This document shows positions 1-14,908 of a stretch of 64,000 bases of DNA, one piece after another. Each line of letters starts with the position of its first letter. The first letter of the stretch is position 1. The stretch is from Daphnia carinata (Eukaryota): the NCBI RefSeq assembly GCF_022539665.2, contig NC_081331.1, forward strand, positions 1 through 64,000, read 5' to 3'. Made by a program: the position numbers and the translations under genes. The notes below the pieces were generated by a model that worked only from the letters and a program-made list of their open reading frames with translations, was not told the origin of the DNA and made no database searches.

Positions 1-1120
1 AACACACCTCAATCGACGTAACTTTTTATTCTGCGTCGAATGGATTCATTTCCAGCGTTCTATCTCCTTCCGTTCAAAAGTTAGAATTTTTAAAACTTCA
101 GAGCCCTCTAGCGGTCGCATTTCAAGTTATTATTGAATAAAACACACCTCAATCGACGTAACTTTTTATTCTGCGTCGAATGGATTCATTTCCAGCGTTC
201 TATCTCCTTCCGTTCAAAAGTTAGCATTTTTAAAACTTCAGAGCCCTCTAGCGGTCGCATTTCAAGTTATTATTGAATAAAACACACCTCAATCGACGTA
301 ACTTTTTATTCTGCGTCGAATGGATTCATTTCCAGCGTTCTATCTACTTCCGTTCAAAAGTTAGCATTTTTAAAACTTCAGAGCCTCTAGCGGTCGCATT
401 TTGCATCGCAATTTAATAAAACACATCTCAATCGACGTAACTTTTTATTCTGCGTCGAATGGAACCATTCCCAGCGTTCTAGCTCTAACCGTTCAGGAGT
501 AAGCATTTTTCAGTTTTCAGAGCCCTCTAGCGGTCGTATTTTGAACTGCAATTGAGTAAAACTCGTCAGAATTGAATAAAACACATCTCATTCGACGTAA
601 CTTTTTATTCTGCGTCGAATGGAACCATTCCCAGCGTTCTAGCTCTAACCGTTCAGGAGTTAGCATTTTTAGTTTTCAGAGCCCTCTAGCGGTCGTATTT
701 TGAACTGCAATTGAGTAAAACTCGTCAGAATTGAATAAAACACATCTCAATCGACGTAACTTTTTATTCTGCGTCGAATGGAACCATTCCCAGCGTTCTA
801 GCTCTAACCGTTCAGGAGTTAGCATTTTTCAGTTTTCAGAGCCCTCTAGCGGTCGTATTTTGAACTGCAATTGAGTAAAACTCGTCAGAATTGAATAAAA
901 CACATCTCATTCGACGTAACTTTTTATTCTGCGTCGAATGGAACCATTCCCAGCGTTCTAGCTCTAACCGTTCAGGAGTTAGCATTTTTCAGTTTTCAGA
1001 GCCCTCTAGCGGTCGTGTTTTGAACTGCAATTGAGTAAAACTCGTCAGAATTGAATAAAACACATCTCATTCGACGTAACTTTTTATTCTGCGTCGAATG
1101 GAACCATTCCCAGCGTTCTA
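1..1120. repeat. Satellite family A: three ~140-bp monomers followed by ~160-bp variant monomers
   Basis: aacacacctcaatcgacgtaac recurs at 1, 141 and 281; acacatctca recurs at ~421, 581, 740, 900 and 1060. The array runs off the left window edge. Confidence 0.95.
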
Positions 1121-1165
1121 ATAATTGACTAAATTGCATATCATTCGACGTAACTTTTTATTCTG

Positions 1166-4100
1166 CCAATGTGAAAAATGTTCTAATTAAAGAATTCATT
1201 TTTTTAATAATAAAAATTTTTAAGCCCGACAAAATAAGCCCGACAAAATAAGCCCGACTTTTAGTTTTTTTACGGTTATTTAAAAAACTATAAGGCCAAT
1301 GTGAAAAGAAATATGATATTCGTAATCAGCGATGAATTCTGCATCGATATAACCTATTTTTAATTAAATCTGGCATTTGACGAAATTTGAAAAAGTGAGA
1401 AGGGTATAGCCTTCCTACTTTTTCATTTTTGGCCTATTTCAGTTTTTTACGGTTATTTAAAAAACTATAAGACCAATGTAAAAATAAACATGATATTCGT
1501 AACCAGCGATGAATTCTGCATCGATATAACCTATTTCTAATTAAAGATTTCATTTTTTTAATAATACAAAATTTTAAGCCCGACAAAATAAGCCCGACTT
1601 TTAGTTTTTTACAGTTATTTCAAAAAATATAAGGCCAATGTAAAAATGAACATGATATTCGTAATCAGCGATGAATTCTGCATCGATGTAACCTATTTTT
1701 AATTAAATCTGGCATTTGACGAAATTTGAAAAAGTGAGAAGGGTATAGCCTTCCTACTTTTTCATTTTTGGCCTATTTCAGTTTTTTACGGTTATTTAAA
1801 AAACTATAAGACCAATGTAAAAATAAACATGATATTCGTAACCAGCGATGAATTCTGCATCGATATAACCTATTTCTAATTAAAGATTTCATTTTTTTAA
1901 TAATACAAAATTTTAAGCCCGACAAAATAAGCCCGACTTTTAGTTTTTTACAGTTATTTCAAAAAATATAAGGCCAATGTAAAAATGAACATGATATTCG
2001 TAATCAGCGATGAATTCTGCATCGATGTAACCTATTTTTAATTAAATCTGGCATTTGACGAAATTTGAAAAAGTGAGAAGGGTATAGCCTTCCTACTTTT
2101 TCATTTTTGGCCTATTTCAGTTTTTTACGGTTATTTAAAAAACTATAAGACCAATGTAAAAATAAACATGATATTCGTAACCAGCGATGAATTCTGCATC
2201 GATATAACCTATTTCTAATTAAAGATTTCATTTTTTTAATAATACAAAATTTTAAGCCCGACAAAATAAGCCCGACAAAATAAGCCCGACTTTTAGTTTT
2301 TTACGGTTATTTCAAAAAATATAAGGCCAATGTAAAAATGAACATGATATTCGTAATCAGCGATGAATTCTGCATCGATGTAACCTATTTTTAATTAAAT
2401 CTGGCATTTGACGAAATTTGAAAAAGTGAGAAGGGTATAGCCTTCCTACTTTTTCATTTTTGGCCTATTTCAGTTTTTTACGGTTATTTCAAAAAATATA
2501 AGGCCAATGTAAAAATAAATATGATATTCGTAATCAGCGATGAATTCTGCATCGACATAACCTATTTTTAATTAAATCTGGCATTTGACGAAATTTGAAA
2601 AAGTGAGAAGGGTATATAGCCTTCCTACTTTTTCATTTTTGGCCTATTTCAGTTTTTTACGGTTATTTCAAAAAATATAAGGCCAATGTAAAAATGAACA
2701 TGATATTCGTAATCAGCGATGAATTCTGCATCGATGTAACCTATTTTTAATTAAATCTGGCATTTGACGAAATTTGAAAAAGTGAGAAGGGTATAGCCTT
2801 CCTACTTTTTCATTTTTGGCCTATTTCAGTTTTTTACGGTTATTTAAAAAACTATAAGACCAATGTAAAAATAAACATGATATTCGTAACCAGCGATGAA
2901 TTCTGCATCGATATAACCTATTTCTAATTAAAGATTTCATTTTTTTAATAATACAAAATTTTAAGCCCGACAAAATAAGCCCGACAAAGTAAGCCCGACT
3001 TTTAGTTTTTTACGGTTATTTCAAAAAATATAAGGCCAATGTAAAAATGAACATGATATTCGTAATCAGCGATGAATTCTGCATCGATATAACCTATTTT
3101 TAATTAAATCTGGCATTTGACGAAATTTGAAAAAGTGATTTTGAAAAAGTTCTATTTCAGTTTTTTACGGTTATTTCAAAAAATATAAGGCCAATGTAAA
3201 AATAAATATGATATTCGTAATCAGCGATGAATTCTGCATCGATATAACCTATTTTTAATTAAATCTGGCATTTGACGAAATTTGAAAAATTGAGAAGGGT
3301 ATGCCTTCCTACTTTTTCATTTTTGGCCTATTTCAGTTTTTTACGGTTATTTCAAAAAATATGAGGCCAATGTAAAAATGAACATGATATTCGTAATCAG
3401 CGATGAATTCTGCATCGATGTAACCTATTTTTAATTAAATCTGGCATTTGACGAAATTTGAAAAAGTGAGAAGGGTATAGCCTTCCTACTTTTTCATTTT
3501 TGGCCTATTTCAGTTTTTTACGGTTATTTCAAAAAATATAAGGCCAATGTAAAAATGAACATGATATTCGTAATCAGCGATGAATTCTGCATCGATGTAA
3601 CCTATTTTTAATTAAATCTGGCATTTGACGAAATTTGAAAAAGTGAGAAGGGTATAGCCTTCCTACTTTTTCATTTTTGGCCTATTTCAGTTTTTTACGG
3701 TTATTTCAAAAAATATAAGGCCAATGTAAAAATGAACATGATATTCGTAATCAGCGATGAATTCTGCATCGATGTAACCTATTTTTAATTAAATCTGGCA
3801 TTTGACGAAATTTGAAAAAGTGAGAAGGGTATAGCCTTCCTACTTTTTCATTTTTGGCCTATTTCAGTTTTTTACGGTTATTTAAAAAAATATAAGGCCA
3901 ATGTGAAAATAAATATGATATTCGTAATCAGCGATGAATTATGCATCGATATAACCTAGTTTTAATTAAATCTGGCATTTGACGAAATTTGAAAAAGTGA
4001 GAAGGGTATAGCCTTCCTACTTTTTCATTTTTGGCCTATTTCAGTTTTTTACGGTTATTTCAAAAAATATAAGGCCAATGTAAAAATGAACATGATATTC

Positions 4101-7100
4101 GTAATCAGCGATGAATTCTGCATCGATGTAACCTATTTTTAATTAAATCTGGCATTTGATGAAATTTGAAAAAGTGAGAAGGGTATAGCCTTCCTACTTT
4201 TTCATTTTTGGCCTATTTCAGTTTTTTACGGTTATTTCAAAAAATATAAGGCCAATGTAAAAATGAACATGATATTCGTAATCAGCGATGAATTCTGCAT
4301 CGATGTAACCTATTTTTAATTAAATCTGGCATTTGACGACCTGCATGCATGGCATGGCATTGCCTTCCTACTTTTTCATTTTTGGCCTATTTTAGTTTTT
4401 TACGGTTATTTAAACAAATATAAGGCCAATGTGAAAATAAATATGATATTCGTAATTAGCGATGAATTCTGCATCGATATAACCTATTTTTAATTAAATC
4501 TGGCATTTGACGAAATTTGAAAAAGTGAGAAGGGTATAGCCTTCCTACTTTTTCATTTTTGGCCTATTTTAGTTTTTTACGGTTATTTAAAAAAATATAA
4601 GACCAATGTAAAAATAAACATGATATTCGTAACCAGCGATGAATCCTGCATCGATATAACCTATTTCTAATTAAAGATTTCATTTTTTTAATAATACAAA
4701 ATTTTAAGCCCGACAAAATAAGCCCGACAAAATAAGCCCGACTTTTAGTTTTTTACGGTTATTTCAAAAAATATAAGGCCAATGTAAAAATGAACATGAT
4801 ATTCGTAATCAGCGATGAATTCTGCATCGATGTAACCTATTTTTAATTAAATCTGGCATTTGACGAAATTTGAAAAAGTGAGAAGGGTATAGCCTTCCTA
4901 CTTTTTCATTTTTGGCCTATTTTAGTTTTTTACGGTTATTTAAAAAAATATAAGGCCAATGTGAAAATAAATATGATATTCGTAATCAGCGATGAATTCT
5001 GCATCGATATAACCTATTTTTAATTAAATCTGGCATTTGACGAAATTTGAAAAAGTGATTTTGAAAAAGTTCTATTTCAGTTTTTTACGGTTATTTCAAA
5101 AAATATAAGGCCAATGTAAAAATAAATATGATATTCGTAATCAGCGATGAATTCTGCATCGATGTAACCTATTTTTAATTAAATCTGGCATTTGACGAAA
5201 TTTGAAAAAGTGAGAAGGGTATAGCCTTCCTACTTTTTCATTTTTGGCCTATTTTAGTTTTTTACGGTTATTTAAAAAAATATAAGGCCAATGTGAAAAT
5301 AAATATGATATTCGTAATCAGCGATGAATTCTGCATCGATATAACCTATTTTTAATTAAATCTGGCATTTGACGAAATTTGAAAAAGTGATTTTGAAAAA
5401 GTTCTATTTCAGTTTTTTACGGTTATTTCAAAAAATATAAGGCCAATGTAAAAATAAATATGATATTCGTAATCAGCGATGAATTCTGCATCGATGTAAC
5501 CTATTTTTAATTAAATCTGGCATTTGATGAAATTTGAAAAAGTGAGAAGGGTATAGCCTTCCTACTTTTTCATTTTTGGCCTATTTCAGTTTTTTACGGT
5601 TATTTCAAAAAATATAAGGCCAATGTAAAAATGAACATGATATTCGTAATCAGCGATGAATTCTGCATCGATGTAACCTATTTTTAATTAAATCTGGCAT
5701 TTGACGAAATTTGAAAAAGTGAGAAGGGTATAGCCTTCCTACTTTTTCATTTTTGGCCTATTTCAGTTTTTTACGGTTATTTCAAAAAATATAAGGCCAA
5801 TGTAAAAATGAACATGATATTCGTAACCAGCGATGAATTTTGCATCGATATAACCTATTTCTAATTAAAGATTTCATTTTTTTAATAATACAAAATTTTA
5901 AGCCCGACAAAATAAGCCCGACAAAATAAGCCCGACTTTTAGTTTTTTACGGTTATTTCAAAAAATATAAGGCCAATGTAAAAATGAACATGATATTCGT
6001 AATCAGCGATGAATTCTGCATCGATGTAACCTATTTTTAATTAAATCTGGCATTTGACGAAATTTGAAAAAGTGAGAAGGGTATAGCCTTCCTACTTTTT
6101 CATTTTTTGCCTATTTTAGTTTTTTACGGTTATTTAAAAAAATATAAGGCCAATGTGAAAATAAATATGATATTCGTAATCAGCGATGAATTCTGCATCG
6201 ATATAACCTATTTTTAATTAAATCTGGCATTTGACGAAATTTGAAAAAGTGAGAAGGGTATAGCCTTCCTACTTTTTCATTTTTGGCCTATTTCAGTTTT
6301 TTACGGTTATTTAATAAACTATAGTGCCAATGTAAAAATGAACATGATATTCGTAATCAGCGATGAATTCTGCATCGAGATAACCTATTTTTAATTAAAT
6401 CTGGCATTTGACGACCTGCATGCATGGCATGGCATTGCCTTCCTACTTTTTCATTTTTGGCCTATTTTAGTTTTTTACGGTTATTTAAAAAAATATAAGG
6501 CCAATGTAAAAATAAATATGATATTCGTAATCAGCGATGAATTCTGCATCGAAATAACCTATTTTTAATTAAATCTGGCATTTGACGAAATTTGAAAAAG
6601 TGAGAAGGGTATAGCCTTCCTACTTTTTCATTTTTGGCCTATTTCAGTTTTTTACGGTTATTTAATAAACTATAGTGCCAATGTAAAAATGAACATGATA
6701 TTCGTAATCAGCGATGAATTCTGCATCGATATAACCTATTTTTAATTAAATCTGGCATTTGACGAAATTTGAAAAATTGAGAAGGGTATAGCCTTCCTAC
6801 TTTTTCATTTTTGGCCTATTTCAGTTTTTTACGGTTATTTCAAAAAATATGAGGCCAATGTAAAAATGAACATGATATTCGTAATCAGCGATGAATTCTG
6901 CATCGATATAACCTATTTTTAATTAAATCTGGCATTTGACGAAATTTGAAAAATTGAGAAGGGTAGGGGAGGTAGGGCGTGGTTGGAACACAAAACTTAT
7001 TTTTGTTCCGTACGTTTACAAAAATCGTCCAAGTAAACTAAAAAATATATAGATTTGTAGCCAATTATCTCAGCTACATAACCGTATTTTTTTTGGGTGG

Positions 7101-10100
7101 GTTCGGCAAAGATTAATATCTGCTATGCGTAAAAAACTGGAGGTACCCCAAGTTGTTTCAATTGCCAATTCTACTCGGCAATTGGAACAGGGCGTCTGGG
7201 CAATTGAAACGTGGGTTTTCCCATAAGAGAGCTCCCGGTTTTATGAAGAAACTAAAATGACGATATCTTAGAATCTGGGATACGTATTTTGATGATTTTT
7301 TTACAACAATATAGAGAATTTTAATCTTTACTTTTTAAGATATTTTATAACTTTCTATACTAACTAAATATTATTTAATAAATTTTAGTAGTTTTCTGAA
7401 TTAAGTTCGGAAAACCGTTAGTAATCAAAAGAACGGTTAATAGTATGGAGATAAAATTTTTATAATCGAATATTGCATGTCCAGCCTTACATCTAATTGT
7501 TGTTAATGTCCTTAATTTAATTTTTAAAATTTAATTTCTTTCGTCAACGTTGTAAATAAAAGCACAAACATTGAGGCAGAAGATAAATGCCAGCCACCCA
7601 GCAGACGAAATAAAACACAAAAATAAACAATAATTGAAAAAAGAGCTCTGCTAATACGCTGCGTAGGGAACACTGTTGCCAGACTATAGTATAGGAGACG
7701 CGCATACGGAAGGGTCGCAATTGGAACAAGGTGTTCCAACTGCTCCGACCATGGGTCTTCAAGGAGTTTTAATGTTTATGGGGGATAAAATTTAGCTAGG
7801 AAAAAGTTAATGTGATCAATTTATAGCTTAAAGAATGACGAATGATTGGAGACCTTTTTTAATGATTTTCTCCATCGTTTTCGGTATGAAAACGAAAAAA
7901 TTGTCTGCAAAAAAACGACAAATGGGCAGTCAAAAAACAATTTTCTGGGATAATTCGAAAACTTTTGGATTCTAAAGCCTCCAATTTTTTCTAAAAATGT
8001 AGAACCCTAATTTCCGTTAGTTCAAATTTTTTAAACAAAATCTCTTACATACTTTAAGTGGTAGAATTTTTGTTTCAATTGCCGCGTGTTCCAATTGCGC
8101 CCTACCTCCTCTATAGCCTTCCTACTTTTTCATTTTTGGCCTATTTCAGTTTTTTACGGTTATTTCAAAAAATATGAGGCCAATGTAAAAATGAACATGA
8201 TATTCGTAATCAGCGATGAATTCTGCATCGATGTAACCTATTTTTAATTAAATCTGGCATTTGACGAAATTTGAAAAAGTGAGAAGGGTATAGCCTTCCT
8301 ACTTTTTCATTTTTGGCCTATTTCAGTTTTTTACGGTTATTTCAAAAAATATAAGGCCAATGTAAAAATGAACATGATATTCGTAATCAGCGATGAATTC
8401 TGCATCGATGTAACCTATTTTTAATTAAATCTGGCATTTGACGAAATTTGAAAAAGTGAGAAGGGTATAGCCTTCCTACTTTTTCATTTTTGGCCTATTT
8501 CAGTTTTTTACGGTTATTTAAAAAACTATAAGGCCAATGTGAAAATAAATATGATATTCGTAATCAGCGATGAATTCTGCATCGATATAACCTATTTCTA
8601 ATTAAAGATTTCATTTTTTTAATAATACAAAATTTTAAGCCCGACAAAATAAGCCCGACAAAATAAGCCCGACTTTTAGTTTTTTACGGTTATTTCAAAA
8701 AATATAAGGCCAATGTAAAAATGAACATGATATTCGTAATCAGCGATGAATTCTGCATCGATGTAACCTATTTTTAATTAAATCTGGCATTTGACGAAAT
8801 TTGAAAAAGTGAGAAGGGTATAGCCTTCCTACTTTTTCATTTTTGGCCTATTTCAGTTTTTTACGGTTATTTCAAAAAATATAAGGCCAATGTAAAAATG
8901 AACATGATATTCGTAATCAGCGATGAATTCTGCATCGATATAACCTATTTTTAATTAAATCTGGCATTTGACGAAATTTGAAAAATTGAGAAGGGTATAG
9001 CCTTCCTACTTTTTCATTTTTGGCCTATTTCAGTTTTTTACGGTTATTTCAAAAAATATGAGGCCAATGTAAAAATGAACATGATATTCGTAATCAGCGA
9101 TGAATTCTGCATCGATGTAACCTATTTTTAATTAAATCTGGCATTTGACGAAATTTGAAAAAGTGAGAAGGGTATAGCCTTCCTACTTTTTCATTTTTGG
9201 CCTATTTCAGTTTTTTACGGTTATTTAATAAACTATAGTGCCAATGTAAAAATGAACATGATATTCGTAATCAGCGATGAATTCTGCATCGATGTAACCT
9301 ATTTTTAATTAAATCTGGCATTTGACGAAATTTGAAAAAGTGAGAAGGGTATAGCCTTCCTACTTTTTCATTTTTGGCCTATTTCAGTTTTTTACGGTTA
9401 TTTAATAAACTATAGTGCCAATGTAAAAATGAACATGATATTCGTAATCAGCGATGAATTCTGCATCGATATAACATGATATTCGTAATCAGCGATGAAT
9501 TCTGCATCGATATAACCTATTTTTAATTAAATCTGGCATTTGACGAAATTTGAAAAATTGAGAAGGGTATAGCCTTCCTACTTTTTCATTTTTGGCCTAT
9601 TTCAGTTTTTTACGGTTATTTCAAAAAATATGAGGCCAATGTAAAAATGAACATGATATTCGTAATCAGCGATGAATTCTGCATCGATATAACCTATTTT
9701 TAATTAAATCTGGCATTTGACGAAATTTGAAAAATTGAGAAGGGTATAGCCTTCCTACTTTTTCATTTTTGGCCTATTTCAGTTTTTTACGGTTATTTCA
9801 AAAAATATGAGGCCAATGTAAAAATGAACATGATATTCGTAATCAGCGATGAATTCTGCATCGATATAACCTATTTTTAATTAAATCTGGCATTTGACGA
9901 AATTTGAAAAAGTGAGAAGGGTATAGCCTTCCTACTTTTTCATTTTTGGCCTATTTCAGTTTTTTACGGTTATTTCAAAAAATATGAGGCCAATGTGAAA
10001 AATGAACATGATATTCGTAATCAGCGATGAATTCTGCATCGATGTAACCTATTTTTAATTAAATCTGGCATTTGACGAAATTTGAAAAAGTGAGAAGGGT

Positions 10101-13100
10101 ATAGCCTTCCTACTTTTTCATTTTTGGCCTATTTCAGTTTTTTACGGTTATTTAAAAAAATATAAGGCCAATGTGAAAATAAATATGATATTCGTAATCA
10201 GCGATGAATTCTGCATCGAAATAACCTATTTTTAATTAAATCTGGCATTTGACGAAATTTGAAAAAGTGAGAAGGGTATAGCCTTCCTACTTTTTCATTT
10301 TTTGGCCTATTTCAGTTTTTTACGGTTATTTAAAAAATATTCAGCGATGAATTCTGCATCGATATAACCTATTTTAATTAAATTTCATTTTTTAATAATA
10401 CAAAATTTTAAGCCTCCCTTTTCATTTGGCCTATTTTAGTTTTTTACGGTTATTTCAAAAAATATAAGGCCAATGTAAAAATGAATATGATATTCGTAAT
10501 CAGCGATGAATTCTGCATCGAAATAACCTATTTTTAATTAAATCTGGCATTTGACGAAATTTGAAAAAGTGAGAAGGGTATAGCCTTCCTACTTTTTCAT
10601 TTTTGGCCTATTTTAGTTTTTTACGGTTATTTAAAAAATATAAGGCCAATGTAAAAATAAATATGATATTCGTAATCAGCGATGAATTCTGCATCGATAT
10701 AACCTATTTTTAATTAAATCTGGCATTTGACGAAATTTGAAAAAGTGAGAAGGGTATAGCCTTCCTACTTTTTCATTTTTGGCCTATTTCAGTTTTTTAC
10801 GGTTATTTAAAAAACTATAATGCCAATGTGAAAATAAATATGATATTCGTAATAAGCGATGAATTCTGCATCGATATAACCTATTTTTAATTAAATCTGG
10901 CATTTGACGAAATTTGAAAAAGTGAGAAGGGTATAGCCTTCCTACTTTTTCATTTTTGGCCTATTTTAGTTTTTTACGGTTATTTAAAAAAATATAAGGC
11001 CAATGTAAAAATAAACATGATATTCGTAATCAGCGATGAATTCTGCATCGATATAACCTATTTTTAATTATTTCTGAAAAATTAAAGATTTCATTTTTTT
11101 AATAATACAAAATTTTAAGCCCGACAAAATAAGCCCGACAAAATAAAGCCCGACTTTTAGTTTTTTACGGTTATTTCAAAAAATATAAGGCCAATGTAAA
11201 AATGAACATGATATTCGTAATCAGCGATGAATTCTGCATCGATGTAACCTATTTTTAATTAAATCTGGCATTTGACGAAATTTGAAAAAGTGAGAAGGGT
11301 ATAGCCTTCCTACTTTTTCATTTTTGGCCTATTTTAGTTTTTTACGGTTATTTAAAAAAATATAAGGCCAATGTAAAAATGAACATGATATTCGTAATCA
11401 GCGATGAATTCTGAATCGATATAACGTATTTTTAATTAAATCTGGCATTTGACGAAATTTGAAAAAGTGAGAAGGCTAGCCTTCCTACTTTTTCATTTTT
11501 GGCCTATTTCAGTTTTTTACGGTTATTTAAAAAAATATAAGGCCAATGTGAAAATAAATATGATATTCGTAATCAGCGATGAATTCTGCATCGATATAAC
11601 CTATTTTTAATTAAATCTGGCATTTGACGAAATTTGAAAAAGTGAGAAGGGTATAGCCTTCCTACTTTTTCATTTTTGGCCTATTTCAGTTTTTTACGGT
11701 TATTTAATAAACTATAGTGCCAATGTAAAAATGAACATGATATTCGTAATCAGCGATGAATTCTGCATCGATATAACCTATTTTTAATTAAATCTGGCAT
11801 TTGACGAAATTTGAAAAAGTGAGAAGGGTATAGCCTTCCTACTTTTTCATTTTTGGCCTATTTCAGTTTTTTACGGTTATTTAAAAAAATATGTGGCCAA
11901 TGTAAAAATGAACATGATATTCGTAATCAGCGATGAATTCTGCATCGATATAACCTATTTTTAATTAAATCTGGCATTTGACGAAATTTGAAAAAGTGAG
12001 AAGGGTATAGCCTTCCTACTTTTTCATTTTTGGCCTATTTCAGTTTTTTACGGTTATTTAAAAAAATATAAGGCCAATGTAAAAATGAAATATGATATTC
12101 GTAATCAGCGATGAATTCTGCATCGAGATAACCTATTTTTAATTAAATCTGGCATTTGACGAAATTTGAAAAAGTGAGAAGGGTATAGCCTTCCTACTTT
12201 TTCATTTTTGGCCTATTTCAGTTTTTTACGGTTATTTAAAAAAAAATATAAGGCCATGAAAATAAATATGATATTTTATCCATTTTTGGCCTATTTTAGT
12301 TTTTTACGGTTATTTAAAAAAAAAAAATAAGGCCAATGTAAAAATGAACATGATATTCGTAATCAGCGATGAATTCTGCATCGAAATAACCTATTTTTAA
12401 TTAAATCTGGCATTTGACGAAATTTGAAAAAGTGAGAAGGGTATAGCCTTCCTACTTTTTCATTTTTGGCCTATTTCAGTTTTTTACGGTTATTTAAAAA
12501 ATATAACAATGTGAAAATAAATATGATATTCGTAATCAGCGATGAATTCTGCATCGTGGCAAAAATGAAGAAGGGTATAGCCTTCCTACTTTTTCATTTT
12601 TGGCCTATTTCAGTTTTTTACGGTTATTTAATAAACTATGATATTCGTAATCAGCGATGAATTCTGAATCGATATAACGTATTTTTAATTAAATCTGGCA
12701 TTTGACGAAATTTGAAAAAGTGAGAAGGGTATAGCCTATAACCTTTTTAATTTCCTACTTTTTTCATTTTTGGCCTATTTTAGTTTTTTACGGTTATTTA
12801 AAAAAATATAAGGCCAATGTGAAAATAAATATGATATTCGTAATCAGCGATGAATTCTGCATCGAAATAACCTATTTTTAATTAAATCTGGCATTTGACG
12901 AAATTTGAAAAAGTGAGAAGGGTATAGCCTTCCTACTTTTTCATTTTTGGCCTATTTCAGTTTTTTACGGTTATTTAATAAACTATAGTGCCAATGTAAA
13001 AATGAACATGATCTTCGTAATCAGCGATGAATTCTGCATCGAGATAACCTATTTTTAATTAAATCTGGCATTTGACGAAATTTGAAAAAGTGAGAGGGGT

Positions 13101-14853
13101 ATAGCCTTCCTACTTTTTCATTTTTGGCCTATTTTAGTTTTTTACGGTTATTTAAAAAAATATAAGGCCAATGTGAAAATAAATATGATATTCGTAATCA
13201 GCGATGAATTCTGCATCGAAATAACCTATTTTTAATTAAATCTGGCATTTGACGAAATTTGAAAAAGTGAGAAGGGTATAGCCTTCCTACTTTTTCATTT
13301 TTGGCCTATTTCAGTTTTTTACGGTTATTTAATAAACTATAGTGCCAATGTAAAAATGAACATGATATTCGTAATCAGCGATGAATTCTGCATCGAGATA
13401 ACCTATTTTTAATTAAATCTGGCATTTGACGAAATTTGAAAAAGTGAGAAGGGTATAGCCTTCCTACTTTTTCATTTTTGGCCTATTTTAGTTTTTTACG
13501 GTTATTTAAAAAAATATAAGGCCAATGTGAAAATAAATATGATATTCGTAATCAGCGATGAATTCTGCATCGATATAACCTATTTTTAATTAAATCTGGC
13601 ATTTGACGAAATTTGAAAAAGTGAGAAGGGTATAGCCTTCCTACTTTTTCATTTTTGGCCTATTTTAGTTTTTTACTGTTATTTAATAAACTATAAAGCC
13701 AATGTGAAAAAAAATATGATATTCGTAATCAGCGATGAATTCTGCATCGATATAACCTATTTCTAATTAAAGATTTCATTTTTTTAATAATACAAAATTT
13801 TAAGCCCGACAAAATAAGCCCGACAAAATAAGCCCGACTTTTAGTTTTTTACGGTTATTTCAAAAAATATAAGGCCAATGTAAAAATGAACATGATATTC
13901 GTAATCAGCGATGAATTCTGCATCGAGATAACCTATTTTTAATTAAATCTGGCATTTGACGAAATTTGAAAAAGTGAGAAGGGTATAGCCTTCCTACTTT
14001 TTCATTTTTTGCCTATTTTAGTTTTTTACGGTTATTTAAAAAACTATAGTGCCAATGTAAAAATGAACATGATATTCGTAATCAGCGATGAATTCTGCAT
14101 CGAGATAACCTATTTTTAATTAAATCTGGCATTTGACGAAATTTGAAAAAGTGAGAAGGGTATAGCCTTCCTACTTTTTCATTTTTGGCCTATTTTAGTT
14201 TTTTACGGTTATTTAAAAAAATATAAGGCCAATGTGAAAATAAATATGATATTCGTAATCAGCGATGAATTCTGCATCGATGTAACCTATTTTTAATTAA
14301 ATCTGGCATTTTACGAAATTTGAAAAAGTGAGAAGGGTATAGCCTTCCTACTTTTTCATTTTTGGCCTATTTCAGTTTTTTACGGTTATTTAAAAAACTA
14401 TAAGGCCAATGTGAAAATAAATATGATATTCGTAATCAGCGATGAATTCTGCATCGATATAACCTATTTTTAATTAAATCTGGCATTTGACGAAATTTGA
14501 AAAAGTGAGAAGGGTATAGCCTTCCTACTTTTTCATTTTTGGCCTATTTTAGTTTTTTACGGTTATTTAAAAAAATATAAGGCCAATGTGAAAATAAATA
14601 TGATATTCGTAATCAGCGATGAATTCTGCATCGATATAACCTATTTTTAATTAAATCTGGCATTTGACGAAATTTGAAAAAGTGAGAAAGGTATAGCCTT
14701 CCTACTTTTTCATTTTTGGCCTATTTTAGTTTTTTACTGTTATTTAATAAACTATAAGGCCAATGTGAAAAAAAATATGATATTCGTAATCAGCGATGAA
14801 TTCTGCATCGATATAACCTAGTTTTAATTAAATCTGGCATTTGACGAAATTTG
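1166..14853. repeat. Satellite family B: 177-bp monomer array (EcoRI site in most monomers) with interspersed variant monomers carrying (aagcccgacaaaat)n
   Basis: gggtatagcc anchors at 3473, 3650 and 3827 give a period of 177. Spacings of 339 and 353 bp occur where the variant monomer intervenes. Confidence 0.97.
6966..8111. mobile_element. Non-autonomous TIR DNA transposon (1146 bp) with TA target duplication, probably Tc1/mariner/pogo superfamily
   Basis: The satellite motif gggTAtagcc is split into gggTA-[element]-TAtagcc. Ends read GGGGAGGTAGGGCGtggTTGGAACAC and (reverse complement) GAGGAGGTAGGGCGcaaTTGGAACAC. gcaattggaaca motifs recur internally. No transposase ORF. Confidence 0.88.
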
Positions 14854-14908
14854 AATTATTGGGGGTGCTAATTAAGTTGTTGTTACACAATATATTCAGT
14901 CAAATCTT

